A model generated the notes under the pieces. It was not told the origin of the DNA. It saw only the letters and a list, made by a program, of their open reading frames with translations, and made no database searches. 64,000 nt of DNA, from positions 12,772,001-12,836,000 of the forward strand of contig NC_043002.1 in the NCBI RefSeq assembly GCF_006345805.1, read 5' to 3'. Position numbers and translations under genes: made by a program. The stretch comes from Octopus sinensis. Taxonomy: Eukaryota. Below, in pieces: positions 12,861-27,249 of the stretch (within the stretch, counting starts at the first letter, position 1; each line of letters begins with the position of its first letter).

Positions 12861-13156
12861 AAGCAACCATACTCTGGGATATGCCGATACACACAGATAG
12901 AGAAATTAAGGCCAACAGACCAGATATAGTTGTCAGAGATCATGAAGAAAAAAATGCTTTCTAATTGATGTATCAATACCGGCTGATGACAACGTGTCTC
13001 TAAAAGAAATGGAGAATCTCTCAAAATACAAAGACCTGGAAATAGAGGTAACTAGAATGTAGAATCTGAAAACAGAAACAATTCCTATCATAGTAGGTGC
13101 ATTAGGCATGATTAAAAAATATTAGTGAAAGCACGCAATAAAAATAAAACTACTGA
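12861..13156 (+). mobile_element. R4/Dong-type (RLE) non-LTR 3' fragment in (AAT)n (also 31532-31828, 48472-48768)
   Basis: Encodes ANRPDIVVRDHEEKKCFLID..KYKDLEIE..IPIIVGALG, a restriction-like endonuclease motif. (AAT)n on both sides. Confidence 0.8.
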
Positions 13157-13161
13157 ATAAC

Positions 13162-13227
<66 letters not shown>

Positions 13228-13230
<3 letters not shown>

Positions 13231-13468
13231 GATAGTGCTCATGGGAACTGCTCATATCCTACGAAAAATACTTGTTATGTAATCTCAAGTTTTAAAACAA
13301 ACAACTTTCGTATGGCTTTTTAGGCATTCACTAGTACAACACTAAGTACAAAACCAAATATACGGAACCGTAGGCATAACACCACCACGAACTTCCAACA
13401 TGTTGTCTGTTGAGGTCTCTGGGTAGGAATTAGAGCCTGCTTGTGCATATGTAAAGCAAAAGTCAAAC

Positions 13469-13555
<87 letters not shown>

Positions 13556-13578
13556 TGATAATAATAATAATAATCATA

Positions 13579-13647
<69 letters not shown>

Positions 13648-13888
13648 GATAGTGCTCATGGGAACTGCACATATCCTATGCAAAATTCTTGTTATGTAAT
13701 CTTAAGTTTTAAAACAAACAACTTTCGTATGGTTTTTTAGGCATTCACTAGTACAACACAAAGTACAAAACCAAATATATGGAACCCTAGGCATAACACA
13801 AACACGAACTTCCAACTTGTTGTCTCTTGAGGTCTCTGGGTAAGAATTGGAGCCAGCTTGTGCAAATGTAAAGCAAAAGTCAAACATA

Positions 13889-13890
<2 letters not shown>
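13228..13890 (+). mobile_element. Two tandem ~240 bp 3'-end fragments of an R4/Dong-type element separated by (AAT)n (also 31973-32686, 48822-49488)
   Basis: Each starts with IVLMGTAHILRKIL-like C-terminal codons plus a shared 3' UTR and is bracketed by (AAT)n. Confidence 0.65.
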
Positions 13891-13952
<62 letters not shown>

Positions 13953-13967
13953 TATAATAATAATAAT

Positions 13968-14004
<37 letters not shown>

Positions 14005-14007
14005 TAT

Positions 14008-14370
<363 letters not shown>

Positions 14371-14571
14371 TATAATAATAATAACCCTTTCTAATATAGG
14401 CACAGAGCCTGGAATGTTGAGAGAGGGGTCCAGTCGATTAGACTGACCCCAGTACACAACTGGTACTTACTTTCTCGACTCCGAAAGGATGAAAGGCTTA
14501 GTCGACCTCGGCGGAATTTGAACTCAGAATAGATGAAATTCCACTTCGCATTTTGCCCGGCGTGCTGACAG

Positions 14572-15758
14572 GATCTAGGATGCATCACCCAAAATCTAAC
14601 ATACAAAGGCTTATATACAACGTATAGAAGGTGGTAGAGGCCTTATACAATTGGAAAACTACTATAAAATAGCCACCATAGGACTGCAAAAATATCTACT
14701 TCAGAAGGAAGGAAAACTGATAGAAATAGCGCTAAACACGAGCAAAACAACAAACAGTTTTCAGTATTTAAGGAAGGTGACAAATACAAACAAGATATCA
14801 TACCACCTAACAAATATGAAAAAGAAGAAGAAGATGAAGAAACAACAAAAGCTATAAAACAAATGAAATCCAAACTTAAAGTAGAACAGCAACGAACCAT
14901 GATAAAATGAATGGCAAGAAAAGCCCCTTCATGGCAAATACTGGACTAAACTAAATGCAAAAGAAATAGACAAAGAAAAGTCCCAGCAAATGTTGAGAAG
15001 CTCAGAACTCAAAGCAGAGACAGAGGAATTTTTAATTGCAACACAAGACCAAAGCCTCCCCAACAGAAATTACCAAAAACATATAATGAAAAGAAATAAA
15101 ATAAGTAACTGCAGAATGTGTGGAGATGGGCAAGAAACAATAAATCATATTATCTTTGGCTGCCCAGTCCTGGCTAAGAAGGAATATATAATCACAGACA
15201 GGACAGAGTTGGGACCTATATACACTGGAAGCTATGCCAACATTATGGAATAACAACAGAAAAAAGATGGTATAGGCACACACCAGAAAAGGTCTCAGAA
15301 AACGAGAAAGCAACCATACTCTGGGATATGCCAATACACACAGATAGAGAAATTAAGGCCAACAGACCAGATATAGTTGTCAGAGATCATGAAGAAAAAA
15401 ATGCTTTCTAATTGTTGTGTCAATACCAGCAGATGACAACGTATCTCTAAAAGAAATGGAGAAACTTTCAAAATACAAAGACCTGGAAATAGAGGTAACC
15501 TGAATGTGGAATCTAAAACAGAAACAATACCTATAATAACAGGTGCATTAGGCATGATAAAAAATATAGCAAAAACACCAGGACTTACAAACACATATAT
15601 ATACAGAAAATTGCACTACTAGGCACCGCACACATCCTACGCAGAACACTTTCAATACAGTAACTATCAGCGCACCACAAATCACAGCACATACCCAAGG
15701 CACACGGAGCTGTGCTCGGTAGTGAAGTGAAAGCATGCTATAAAAATATAATTACTGA
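14572..15758 (+). mobile_element. Longer R4/Dong-type fragment (CCHC finger + RLE), ~50 bp from the exon 1 donor (also 33449-34633, 50131-51316)
   Basis: CRMCGDGQETINHIIFGCP zinc finger followed by the RPDIVV RLE segment. Frameshifted. Confidence 0.8.
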
Positions 15759-15808
15759 GTTATAATAATAATAGCAATAATGAAAGATATATAGATAAAG
15801 AAACTTAC

Positions 15809-16085
15809 CGAATCTTCCTCCATAAACTGGTTTGTCGCAGTCATCATATTGGCTGTTCCGCCACACACAGACTTGTTGAGATTGAGAAAACACAGTTTGG
15901 TTACCACATGCCAACGGTATGGGAAACATAGCATTACATAAGTAGAATTCACTGCAGTTACTTGGGGATCGGACAAAATGTGATCCGGCTCTAACTTGTG
16001 TCTGCTGACACAGAGTCATGATACTCTGACTGTAGACTGTTGACACTGCGATCAAGAGAATGGCGGCCACAAAACGGAACTCCAT
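15809..16085 (-). CDS. Chitin-binding type-2 (CBM14/peritrophin-A) secreted protein, gene A exon 1: signal peptide + domain 1
   Basis: MEFRFVAAILLIAVSTVYS signal-like N-terminus and Cys spacing CX17CX5CX9CX12CX9C. Ends TTC G|GTAAGT (phase-1 donor at 15808) after 277 nt. ACAACAATGG start context. Confidence 0.9.
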
Positions 16086-16204
16086 TGTTGTAATTTTATC
16101 AATTATAGAATCGAACGAGAGTTAAGACGAATGGCTTGCAAAAACGCTATCACAAAAGACTAGTAACCTCTGTAAATGTGTCTCAGATCCCTAAGAGTGA
16201 GCTT

Positions 16205-16212
16205 CTTATATA
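16205..16212 (-). promoter_or_regulatory. TATA box of the CBM14 gene (also 35080-35087, 51763-51770)
   Basis: Minus-strand TATATAAG ~120 nt upstream of the ATG, conserved in three copies. Confidence 0.6.
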
Positions 16213-16538
16213 GGCCTTAAATAGGGTTAGGGTGAGGTTTTGAATAAGAATTAGGTAGTAATTCTGGTTCTTTTTTTGAAATTGATCTAATATTTGGTCT
16301 TACTTCTTCATGCTAACAAGCCTCCGCCCAACAACCGTATTAGATAACTAGATTATCTGTGTTGTCATTGTTATAGTTGTTGACGTTGTTGTTGTTCTCC
16401 TCCCCCTTCTCCTCCGCTTCCTCCCCACCTGCAGATTAGTTATCAGTTATGTCAATGGTGATGAAGGAGATGGCCTTAGCGTTTTATTGATAGTTATTAT
16501 TCTCTTGCAATTGATACTACATACATACATATATGCAT

Positions 16539-16687
<149 letters not shown>

Positions 16688-17425
16688 TGTGAGTGTGTGT
16701 ATGTATATATAAATATATATTTATATATAATTATATAAATATAAATGTATATATATATACATATATATATTACTATATATATATATATGCCTGTAAGTAT
16801 TTATATACATATCTGCTTATATATATGCATGTAAATATTTATATATATATGTATATATATAAATATATGTATATAAATAAATAAATCTATGTAAATATAT
16901 ACACATATACATAGATATGTATATACACACATGCACACACACACACGCACACACACGGACACACACACACACACACACATACACACACATATATATATAT
17001 ATATATAAATATATATATACTTACACACACACGCACGTATAAAATAGACTTTAATTGAAGTACAATTTCACCGAAATTAAACATATCTAATGTAATAAAT
17101 GTGAATGTCAGTGTGTCACGCTTTTTCAGCTTTAATAAATCTTTTCTACTGCAAGTACATGGACTCATATTTTTCGGAAAGGGATTAAGTTTATTCCATC
17201 AACCCCAGTGCGTAACTGGTACTTTAATCGACCCCTAAAGGATGAACGGCAAAGATGACCTCGGTGGATTTCGAACGCAAAACCTAACGGCAGCCCGCTG
17301 GCTAAGCGAGCAGGCCAACAGCAGAAAGAGTGGGAGAAAGAGTGGTGAAAGAGTACAGTAAGGACCACCGCCCTCTGCCGGAGCCTCGTGGAGTCCGCTG
17401 CCCTAACCACTAGGCCATTGCGCCT

Positions 17426-17510
<85 letters not shown>

Positions 17511-17539
17511 AAAATATATATATATATATTTATACATAT

Positions 17540-20429
17540 TTCGTTCCAACAACCGGTTAAACAACCATGCACAAGAAACCCACACCACTCGCAATGATTA
17601 CCAACGAAGGCCTCCTAGAACACCACACCCGAATATGGGATATCGGGACGCTCTTGACAATACTGTTCCAAGAACACACACCATAAATCACAACAGGAGA
17701 CCCAACATCAACAAAGAACAACTATATAATAGCTACCGTCCCAACCACCGCATTCATTTTTTAGACCCAATACGCAAACACAGAGACACAAGATAGCACC
17801 AAACAAGCAGGAGGAACCAAAAGTGATAAAAATTATCAATCTAATTCACAAGGAACTAACAGCAAACCAAATAAACATACTTTCCAAAGGACTCAAGTTT
17901 ACACCCACCCCACAACACCCCAACTATAATGAAATGAAAGAAGACATCGCAGAATTCTGCAGAAAATTAAGACTTACTGAAGAGGTATATGACAAATACA
18001 ACGAGGACGAATCGTTAGTCAGAAATAGGAGTAACTACACCCCCTCTAAAGGTAAGAACAAAACACTTGATGATTTCTGTGACCACATATCAAATTACCC
18101 ATATCAACATATGCACAAACAAAAACACAAACCAAACTTCAGCAAAAAAGAATGGGCTGAGTTGAACAAATTAAAACAAGATGAAACAATAACAATCAAA
18201 GAGGCCGATAAAGGGAGTGCTGTTGTCTTAATGGATACGACATTTTACATAACTTTGGTACTATCTATGCTGGAAGACACAACATACTATGAAAAGGCAC
18301 AAAACTACAGTCAACAAAAAATAATGAGGGAACTAAAATCCATGTTAAACCCATACAAAGAAGGGCTCACCGACAAAGAATATGATTATATGACCAATTT
18401 CACAAGTAAAACCAGCCAATTCTACGGTATACCCAAGATACACAAAAGTGAGAAAATAAGTAACGCATGCAAGATAGCTACAGACAAAATAATTAAAGTC
18501 CCTAATCCTAATGACCTCAAATTGAGACCCATAATAGCAGGTCCCGCATGCGAAACCCACCGCCTCAGTAACTTTTTAGACACCCTGTTAAAACCACTCC
18601 TCAAACATGTCAAAAGCTATATAAGGGACGACTTGGATATGCTCAATCACCTACCGAATACTATAAACAAAACACCATACTGGTATCCTTCGATGTAGTC
18701 AACCTCTAATCCAATCTCCCCCACAACCTAGGACTAGAGGCAATCCAATTCTGGCTAGAGAATCACGCCAACGAACTCCCACATCGGATCAAAAAAGAAT
18801 TCGTGTTTGAAGGGGTTAAATTCACCCTGGAAAATAACTTCTTCGCCTTCAAAGACAACTTCTACCGGCAAAAATAGGGGACTGCGATGGGTACACGAAT
18901 AGCCCCCTTCTTTGCCAACCTAGTCATAGGATATCTAGAGATCAGTCTGTATCGTAATGTTCTAGAAAGATATGGCAGCCCTTTCTCCATCTACATAGAA
19001 AACAACTGGAAGAGATATCTAGATGACTGTTTCATTCTTTGGCATAAAAATATAGAAAAACTCAAAGAATTTCAAGAAATTTTTAACGGACTCGACGTAA
19101 ACATCCAATTCACGATGGAATATAGCCAGCAACAACTCCCCTTCCTCGATATCCTCATTAAGAAAGCTAATAATGTAATAGAAACAGACATATATTATAA
19201 GCCTACAGATTCTAAGCAATATCTTCCATTCAATTCATGCCACCCCAGATACACCAGGATGAATATCCCCTTCAATCTAGCAAAAAGGATATGCACTATA
19301 GTTTCTAATGCAAACACCAGAGACACACGACATCAAGAACTAAAAGATACCCTTATCACCAGGAACTACCCACCTTCACTTATTGACATGTGCATTCAAC
19401 GTGCCCTTCAACTTAACATCAAGGAACTGAGACATCCAAAATCAAAGAAAAACTTACGACCAAAAGCCTTACCATACATCTCCACACACAACCCTCTCAA
19501 TAATGAAGCCTTCGGCACCATCCTCCACAACATACCCCTCCTAAAAAAAGACCACAGAATGAACACAATCCTCCAAACACACACGATCATAAAAAGCAAG
19601 AGACAGCCTAAATCTATGAAAAGTCTCATAACACAAACCCGAATACACTCTTCAACACAGAAGCCGACAGTAAAAAAATGTGGAAGATCCAATTACGGGA
19701 TATGCGATTATCTAATTGAGGGATCAGAGTTCTCCTTCAAACAGGGACAACGGTTTACAGTGAAAAGCAACTTCACATGTGCTTCGGAGAACCTGATATA
19801 CACACTAACCTGCTCTGGGTGTCAAGAGCAGTACTTAGGCCAAACAAAAAATAGTTTGCGTAAAAGAATGGCCCTGCACAGACACCAGATAAAAATTCCC
19901 CAAAACAGAAAAATAGCTTTCAGCCAACACATAGATACTTGCGCCAACAACAAAACACCAGGCTTCAGGATTCCACCACCCCTACCAATTTAGGGACGAT
20001 ACAACCTCGAGACAACGAATAAGTAAAGAAACTCTCTTTATAACAAAATACAGGCCACTACTTAACGGGTCTACGACAAACGATTAATATACCTCAACTT
20101 TAGAAAAACAGAAATATACACACACAAATATTACATTCCAAAGAATCCATTACAAATCAGCCCCAATCACAGCTATAATCCATAACGTGCCAACTTCAAG
20201 TCATACAACACCTCACTACATTCACTCATTCATATTCTCCCTTCTCGTTTTTCTTCTTCTTCCTCTTCTTCATCATCATCATCATTATCATCATCATCGT
20301 CGTCATCATCATCTTCTTCTTCTCCTTCTTCTTCTTCTTCATCTTCTTCTTCTTCTTCTTCTTCTTCTTCTTCTTCTTCTTCTTTTCTTCTTCTTCTTCT
20401 TCTTCTTCATCATCATCATCAACATCATC

Positions 20430-20461
<32 letters not shown>

Positions 20462-20945
20462 CTTCTTCTACTCTACCTTCTACCTCTTAACTTTATCACT
20501 AATGCTTTTTAGTATAACACCTACGCAAATTCCATAAACAAACCTTTCAATAGAAATATTCTCCTGAATTGAACTGCAACTGCTAGCCGCCACTGACCAT
20601 TCAAAATACGACCATCAAGGCACTCCCAAATATTTCCACCCCCTCTCCTCATCAACCTCCTCCTTCTTCTACCCTACCAAGAATTCACAATGGCCTCGAA
20701 CAAACAAGTGCAAACAAGGGAGACAAAGAAAGGCAGAATGCCACTTATATTTGAACACTATACAAATATTCCTTTAAAAAAACATTTCTTTTAATTTTTC
20801 TAAATTTAATTATTTAATCGTTACAGTTGAAAAGGTCTCAAAATGACCGAAACCGGTACTGAAATGTTCTTTATAAAAATATTTTAGCATTTTCTATTTT
20901 GACTTGTTTTTCATATATATCAACTCGTGTGTTCCATTTCACCCT
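17540..20945 (+). mobile_element. Penelope-like element (RT + GIY-YIG), 5'-truncated and inactivated, unit B
   Basis: KEADKG, YGIPKIHK, LRPII, AMGT, RYLDDCF, LPFLDI and LIY..QYLGQT..LRKRMALH motifs. Flanked by (T)TATACATAT direct repeats in (TA)n. In-frame TAA in the DVVNL[Y] motif. Confidence 0.92.
20824..20861 (+). ncRNA. Minimal type-I hammerhead ribozyme-like motif in the Penelope 3' end (also 39718-39755, 56429-56466)
   Basis: CAG-TTGAAAA-GGTC-tcaaaat-GACC-GAAA-CCGG-TA-CTG: stem I, core with U3-A8, stem II and palindromic stem III ACCGGT. Confidence 0.65.
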
Positions 20946-20946
20946 T

Positions 20947-21041
<95 letters not shown>

Positions 21042-22241
21042 GTATGTATATGTATGTTGTTTTACTTAATTTAAAATATATATACACACTAATTATGCAA
21101 CTATTTAACTATATTTATAGAAACAAATAATACTTAGGCCTATAGTACCGTAGACGTACTTATCTCAAGGCGTGTATATACATATATGCATATATATACG
21201 CATACATACATTTATACACATTTGTGATATGTAGGAGTGTTAATGCATTAACCAAGCTTAGCCTTCTTAACATGTGGTTCTTGGGAATATAGTGGCTCTT
21301 GGAGAAAGTTTGATTGTTTAGACACACATATATATAGATATAGTTCTATATAAAAAGATTCCACGGGCATACGGGGTAGTTGTTAAGAGCTCGAGCTACT
21401 AACCCCAAGATTCCGAGTTCGATTCCAAGCAGTGACCTGAACAACAACAATAATAATAATAATAATAATAACAACAGCATCGAAAGATACCCTAGGAATG
21501 AGAACCCAGGTTCGAAATTTCTCCAAGACACTTGATGAAGGATGGAGGGTATATCAGCCGAAACGTTGTGTTAACAAAATACAAGATGAGGACAAATATC
21601 CGTCTAATGTAAATAATGTAAATAATATATATAAATGTCTTTGTAATTTGTTTTTTAAAACTTAACTATTGAAGGACCCTTCTGTTTTATCTTTCTCACT
21701 TAAATTATCGAAATTGGAAAGTGAATACTTAATCATATTATTGTCTCACTTTGCTATTGAAAAAAGAAAAACATGAACGACCAATTGACATAAAGCTTTA
21801 TTTATCTATTGTATTTCGGGACGGTCATTTTTTATTACTTGTTTTGGTAAATAAACACACGCACTATATATTCGTTCTTCACCTGTTTATTTCTGTTTTT
21901 ATTCTAAGTCCATTGTCCGGAAATCATTCAGTCTTTCTAACTCTAGAGATATTTCAAAGTCAACCAAGGTCAAAGAGTTAGAAATAAACCTCAGTGGTAA
22001 CGAAATGATATGTACAGGTCTGTGGATGGCTTCTTGACAGTAATGTGAATTAAAATTATTTCATTACCAGGTGTTCTTTTACTCGTTTCAGTCATTTGAC
22101 TGTGGCCATGCTGGATCACCGCCTTTTTGTCGAAGAAATCGACCCCTGGACTTATTCCTTGTAAGCCTGGAGCTTATTCTATCGGTCTCTTCTGCCGAAC
22201 CGCTAATGTTACGGGGGCCATAAACACATCAACATCGGATG

Positions 22242-22291
<50 letters not shown>

Positions 22292-22543
22292 GAAGGGATT
22301 CTTTCAGTTTCCGTCTACCAAATCCACTCACAAGGCTTTGTTTGAACCAAAGCTATAGTAGAAGACACTTGCCCAAGGTGCCACGCGGTGGGGCTGAAGC
22401 CGGAAATGAACCATGTGGTCGGTAAGCAAGCTTCTTATCACACAACCACGCCTGCGCCTAGGAGAACTGAAGGAAAATCCTTTGGTAAACGGAAACTAAA
22501 AGGAGCCCGTCGTATATACATACATATATACATACATACACAC

Positions 22544-22663
<120 letters not shown>

Positions 22664-22664
22664 G

Positions 22665-22706
<42 letters not shown>

Positions 22707-22958
22707 TAATAATAATACATAAAAAGTGTGTTATTGTCTCGAAGATTTTCATGGTAGTTGAAAAGTCATTAGCGTCTATTTCTAATTCAGTACGAGGCGA
22801 AGCAATTGGCTGAGCCCTGATTATAAATAAGTATATAATTATAGAATATTTTGTATATTTCACGTAAAAGGTTTTTTTAGCGTTCTGACTACTCGGTAAA
22901 ATTATTATTCTTTAATTATTTAATCAATTTTACTCACTCTCTCTCTCTATATATATAT

Positions 22959-23048
<90 letters not shown>

Positions 23049-23059
23049 ATATATACATG

Positions 23060-23093
<34 letters not shown>

Positions 23094-23126
23094 ATATACA
23101 TGTATATATATACATGTATATATATT

Positions 23127-23180
<54 letters not shown>

Positions 23181-23186
23181 CATATA

Positions 23187-23713
23187 GGAAAAAAGCAACA
23201 AGAATGGATCAAAATATCGGTACAATTGTTTCGTACGAAGACATCTTTAATAAGGCTACAAAAATTGCAGTAAATATAGGTGGCTCGTACTCATCAGCCG
23301 AAAAAACATCCGAGATTTCCAAACATCAAAGGGGGTAATGTTACACTCGTGAAACATCATGGAAAGTTCTATAAAAATGGAAATTTAGATAAGAATTTGG
23401 TTTCTAAGATTTCAATTAGTATTACACAGTCATATATCAGGTTTTTAAAAAGTATTTTCAAAACATCTTAGTTTTCCAGGAAGTGAAGAAAAAGGTGAGG
23501 GTGTGAATATATCCTTATTGAAGAAAGTTGGATTCCTGGAGATATGATGAGAATTATTGTACTCACAGAATATGCGTTTGTCCATATATAGTTTTTTTCG
23601 CCTGATGGGTACGGGCCATCTATATTTACTACAATTTTTGTAGCCTTATAAAAAGATGTATTCTTACGAAACAATTGTACCGATATTTTGATCCATTCTT
23701 GTTGCTTTTCTCC
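23187..23713. mobile_element. MITE copy B
   Basis: Same TIRs and TA flanks as 3992-4437. Confidence 0.85.
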
Positions 23714-23835
23714 TATTTGTAATCTCCCCACTTTATCGTATGGTTAACACCGAATAGATTTCTTGTGTATCCTAGTCAAGTACCATATTCATGTGAATTC
23801 AATAGAACTCATTTGAATCTTAAGTTCTTAAACCG

Positions 23836-23867
<32 letters not shown>

Positions 23868-26324
23868 CACTTCGTCGGTTGCGACGATCAGAGTTCCAGC
23901 TAATCCAAACGATGTCCTTATCGTGAAATTACCGTTGCTGAGCACTCCATAAACATGCATACACTTATCTTAGTTTCTTTGAATGAATATCTTAAAAGGA
24001 AACTCTCTAAGAAATCCCATCATATTCATACATACACAAATAAATATTTGTCAGTGCTAACTACATCCCCAAGGATGGAGCCTTGTATCTTTGCTGAAAA
24101 CCGGCTCCCTCCTCAGTGGAAGATTTATAATCATTAGAAAATTGAAGATACACGCACTTGCTATTGGTTAGCTCCCCTGATCTGTATATTTATTTCGAAA
24201 TCCTGCGTAACCTTGCGTTGTTTCGTGTCTTCTCAAACAAAACGGACGTTATTACCAGTTTCATTATTTATCCATAAATAAATGATATTTATTCACCAAT
24301 GCAATGTTGAGTATTCATTCTCAGATTTCGATACTAACGTCTATATATATGTAAGTGTGTGTGTGTGTGTGTGTGTGTGGAGGTGCAATGGCCCAGTGGT
24401 TAAGGCAGCGGTCGTGAGGTCGCGGTTTCGATTCCCAGACCGGGCATTGTCAGTGTTTATTGAGCGGAAACACCTAAAGCTCCACGAGGTTCCAACAGGG
24501 AGTGGTGGCGGATCCTGCTGTACTCTTTCACCATTACTTTCTCTCATTCTTTCTTCTGTGTTTCTGTTGTACTTGTATTTCAAAGGGTCAGCCTTGTGAC
24601 ACACTGTGTCACGCTGAATCTGCACGAGAACTTCGTTCAGGACACACAGCCACTTACACGTTACTTTTCCGAGCAGGCTGTTCCGTTGATCGGATAAACT
24701 GGAACCCTTGTCGTAGTAACCGATGGAGTGCCACGACATGTGTGTGTGTGTGTGTGTGTTTGTTAGTTTGTTTGCATCTCCGTGACCTTGCGGTTCGGCT
24801 AAAAGACTAATAGGAAAAGCATCAAACTTAAGTCGAAGTTTTTGACGAAAATCCCTTGAAGGCGCTGACCCACCATAGTCGCAGCCCAATGACTGAAAGC
24901 AGTGTTATAGAACTTACCAGCTGTAATCAAAAAGTATCCAACCTTTTATTTAATATTTTGCGCAAAATAACAAAGCGTGAGCAAAATCTGCATGGGTATA
25001 CGCAAAGATTTCCCCCTGCAGTGATGTGTTGGGTACAGCCTTGAAGTGTGCTGTGAGATTTTTTAAAGTCAAATTTTAAAAAAATATTACTTGCTTTTTG
25101 GCCAAAGTTCGGATAATTTTTGTCTACACCTAGTATTTGTAAATTTATTGGAATTTATAAACATTATGCACTAAAATGTTTCAGAATTCAAAAATTAAAG
25201 AAATGGATGAAAATCAGATTTGCAGTTTTAAAGAACTTTATTTTTCACAAAAAAACATTTCTAAAAGTTATTGTATTTCAAGTCTTACTGGTTACAGAAA
25301 ACAGCCTTGCGATAATTGCTGATCTTGAAACGCAATTCTGAAATATACAAAATATGAATATATATATAGATATAAAAAAGATATAAAATTGCTTTAAAAA
25401 ATCTAGAAGTTAATCTTATCTTCCTAAAATAAATCCTTGTAGGTAAAAGACTTAAATTAGAAAATTGCGATCAAGTGTCTATAGTATTTGCATAATTTAC
25501 TATTTTTCTTTAGCCCTGGGCACATCGGAACGCTTAATCAATTACCATGGCATATTACTGACGAAGATCACAACGTTACATATGAACGTGACTTTGGTCC
25601 ATCACAGTATATAAGGCCAGCAATTTCCAATGACGATAGAAGCCGATACCAATAACACCACTTTATATTCATTTCTTTACTGCCCACAAGGAACTATACA
25701 CAGAGGGGACAGTCAAGGACAAACAAACGGATTAAGTTTATTATATCGACCCCAGCGCGTAACTGGTACTTATGTAATCGACCCCGAAAGGATGAAAGGC
25801 AAAGTCGACCTCGGCAGAATTTGAACTCAGAACGTAACAGCAGACGAAATACGGCTACGCATTTCACCCGGCGTGCTAACGATTCTGCCAGCTCGACGCC
25901 TTACATAATCTTTTCTACTATAGGAACAAGGCCTGCAATTTTGTGGAGGGGACTAGTAGATTGCGTGAACCCCAGTATTTCACTGGTACTTATTTTATCG
26001 ACCACGAAAGGATGAAAGGGTGAAGTTATACTCGGCGGAATTCGAACCCGAGTATAAACAGCCGGAACAAACAAAGCTAAGCCTTTTATCCGACGCTCTA
26101 AAGGGATTGATAACTCACCGTTTTAAACGGTTTCAAATTTTGATAGAAGGCGAATCATAGAGGAGTTAATGTTTGTCCAATTTCCATCTCATCTACCAAA
26201 AGCATTCTGACAGTTTTACTATTACTATGGCCGCTAGGACTCTAGATCTTTCTGTAATGCGATAATTTAGAAATAAACGTGTCAAACGAAATATAATAAA
26301 ATGAAATATAAAGAAGTTACTTAC

Positions 26325-26504
26325 ATTGGTTTTGACAATATGGCGGAGGAATTTCGCTACATCTTTGAGTTTGGGGGTCAAAGAAAAGATTGAATTGACA
26401 CGGCATGGAAGGGTATGAGGTACGCTTGAAACAGGGAATATACCTGTGGCAGTCAGCAGGGTCACGGTTCATGCCGTCTGGGTATTGGTTACAGAGAGGA
26501 TCAT
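26325..26504 (-). CDS. CBM14 gene B exon 2
   Basis: Same splice sites as A. Two synonymous changes vs A (GGG>GGC, GAT>GAC). Confidence 0.92.
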
Positions 26505-27249
26505 CTGAAGAGAAAATGTTTTAATAAAGTTTTAATGCAAGCGCGATAATTAATTTTGGTCATATCTCGATTTTTAGAAAATGTAGTCACAAGGACCATA
26601 TATTATGAAATAGTATCAAATTATACAATATATACATCAGTTCACATATATACAAATGCAGATATATATTACTTCCGGGTTTCGTAGAGGAAAGACGCGT
26701 TTGCTTTTGCTCTGTGAAAAAAAACAAGAAGATTTGCATAAATCGACGAAATAATCTACTAAAACTAACAAAACGTAGAACTTGTTAACTCATAACGATC
26801 TACTAAAATACATTAATTAAAAATATATTAATTAAAAACGTAATATATTTCGCTTGAAGCCAAATATAATACATTAAAGTTAGTTACGCATGCTAGATTC
26901 TTCGCCGTAAAAGCACGTGGTGGCAAGTCTTTAACTTATCTCCAACCAAATGTAAGAAGGAAAAAGAATTGTTCTCTTTTCTGTTTTGAAAGAAAACTTC
27001 TTCGTACAAGCACGAAGGTTTGGACTGTTCCTTTTACGATAAGTAACGTTTTCATATTTTTGTTTATTATTTTTTATTTTCCTTTAATGTAAGCTAACAT
27101 CTCAGTTACGATTTACGACGCCATCTTTGTTTACATTCTGAGAATAACTTTCTTTCAATTTCTGTTTCGCTTTCAATTTATCTTTCATTTTATCTCTATA
27201 AAACTAATATTTAAAAATTCGTTTCATATGTTTATTTTCATGTAATTTA

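Noticed and set aside
13170-14000. CRISPR-like alternation of repeats and ~240 bp blocks
   Set aside because: The context is eukaryotic, the repeats are simple (AAT)n, the blocks are paralogous retroelement ends, and there are no cas genes.
15738-15808. C-terminal tail KFLYLYIFHYCYYYY... of the 115 aa ORF
   Set aside because: It is read-through past a GTAAGT donor into an AAT-rich intron.
16222-16237. Telomere-like TAGGGTTAGGGTGAGG next to the TATA box
   Set aside because: Fewer than two full units, which is compatible with chance.
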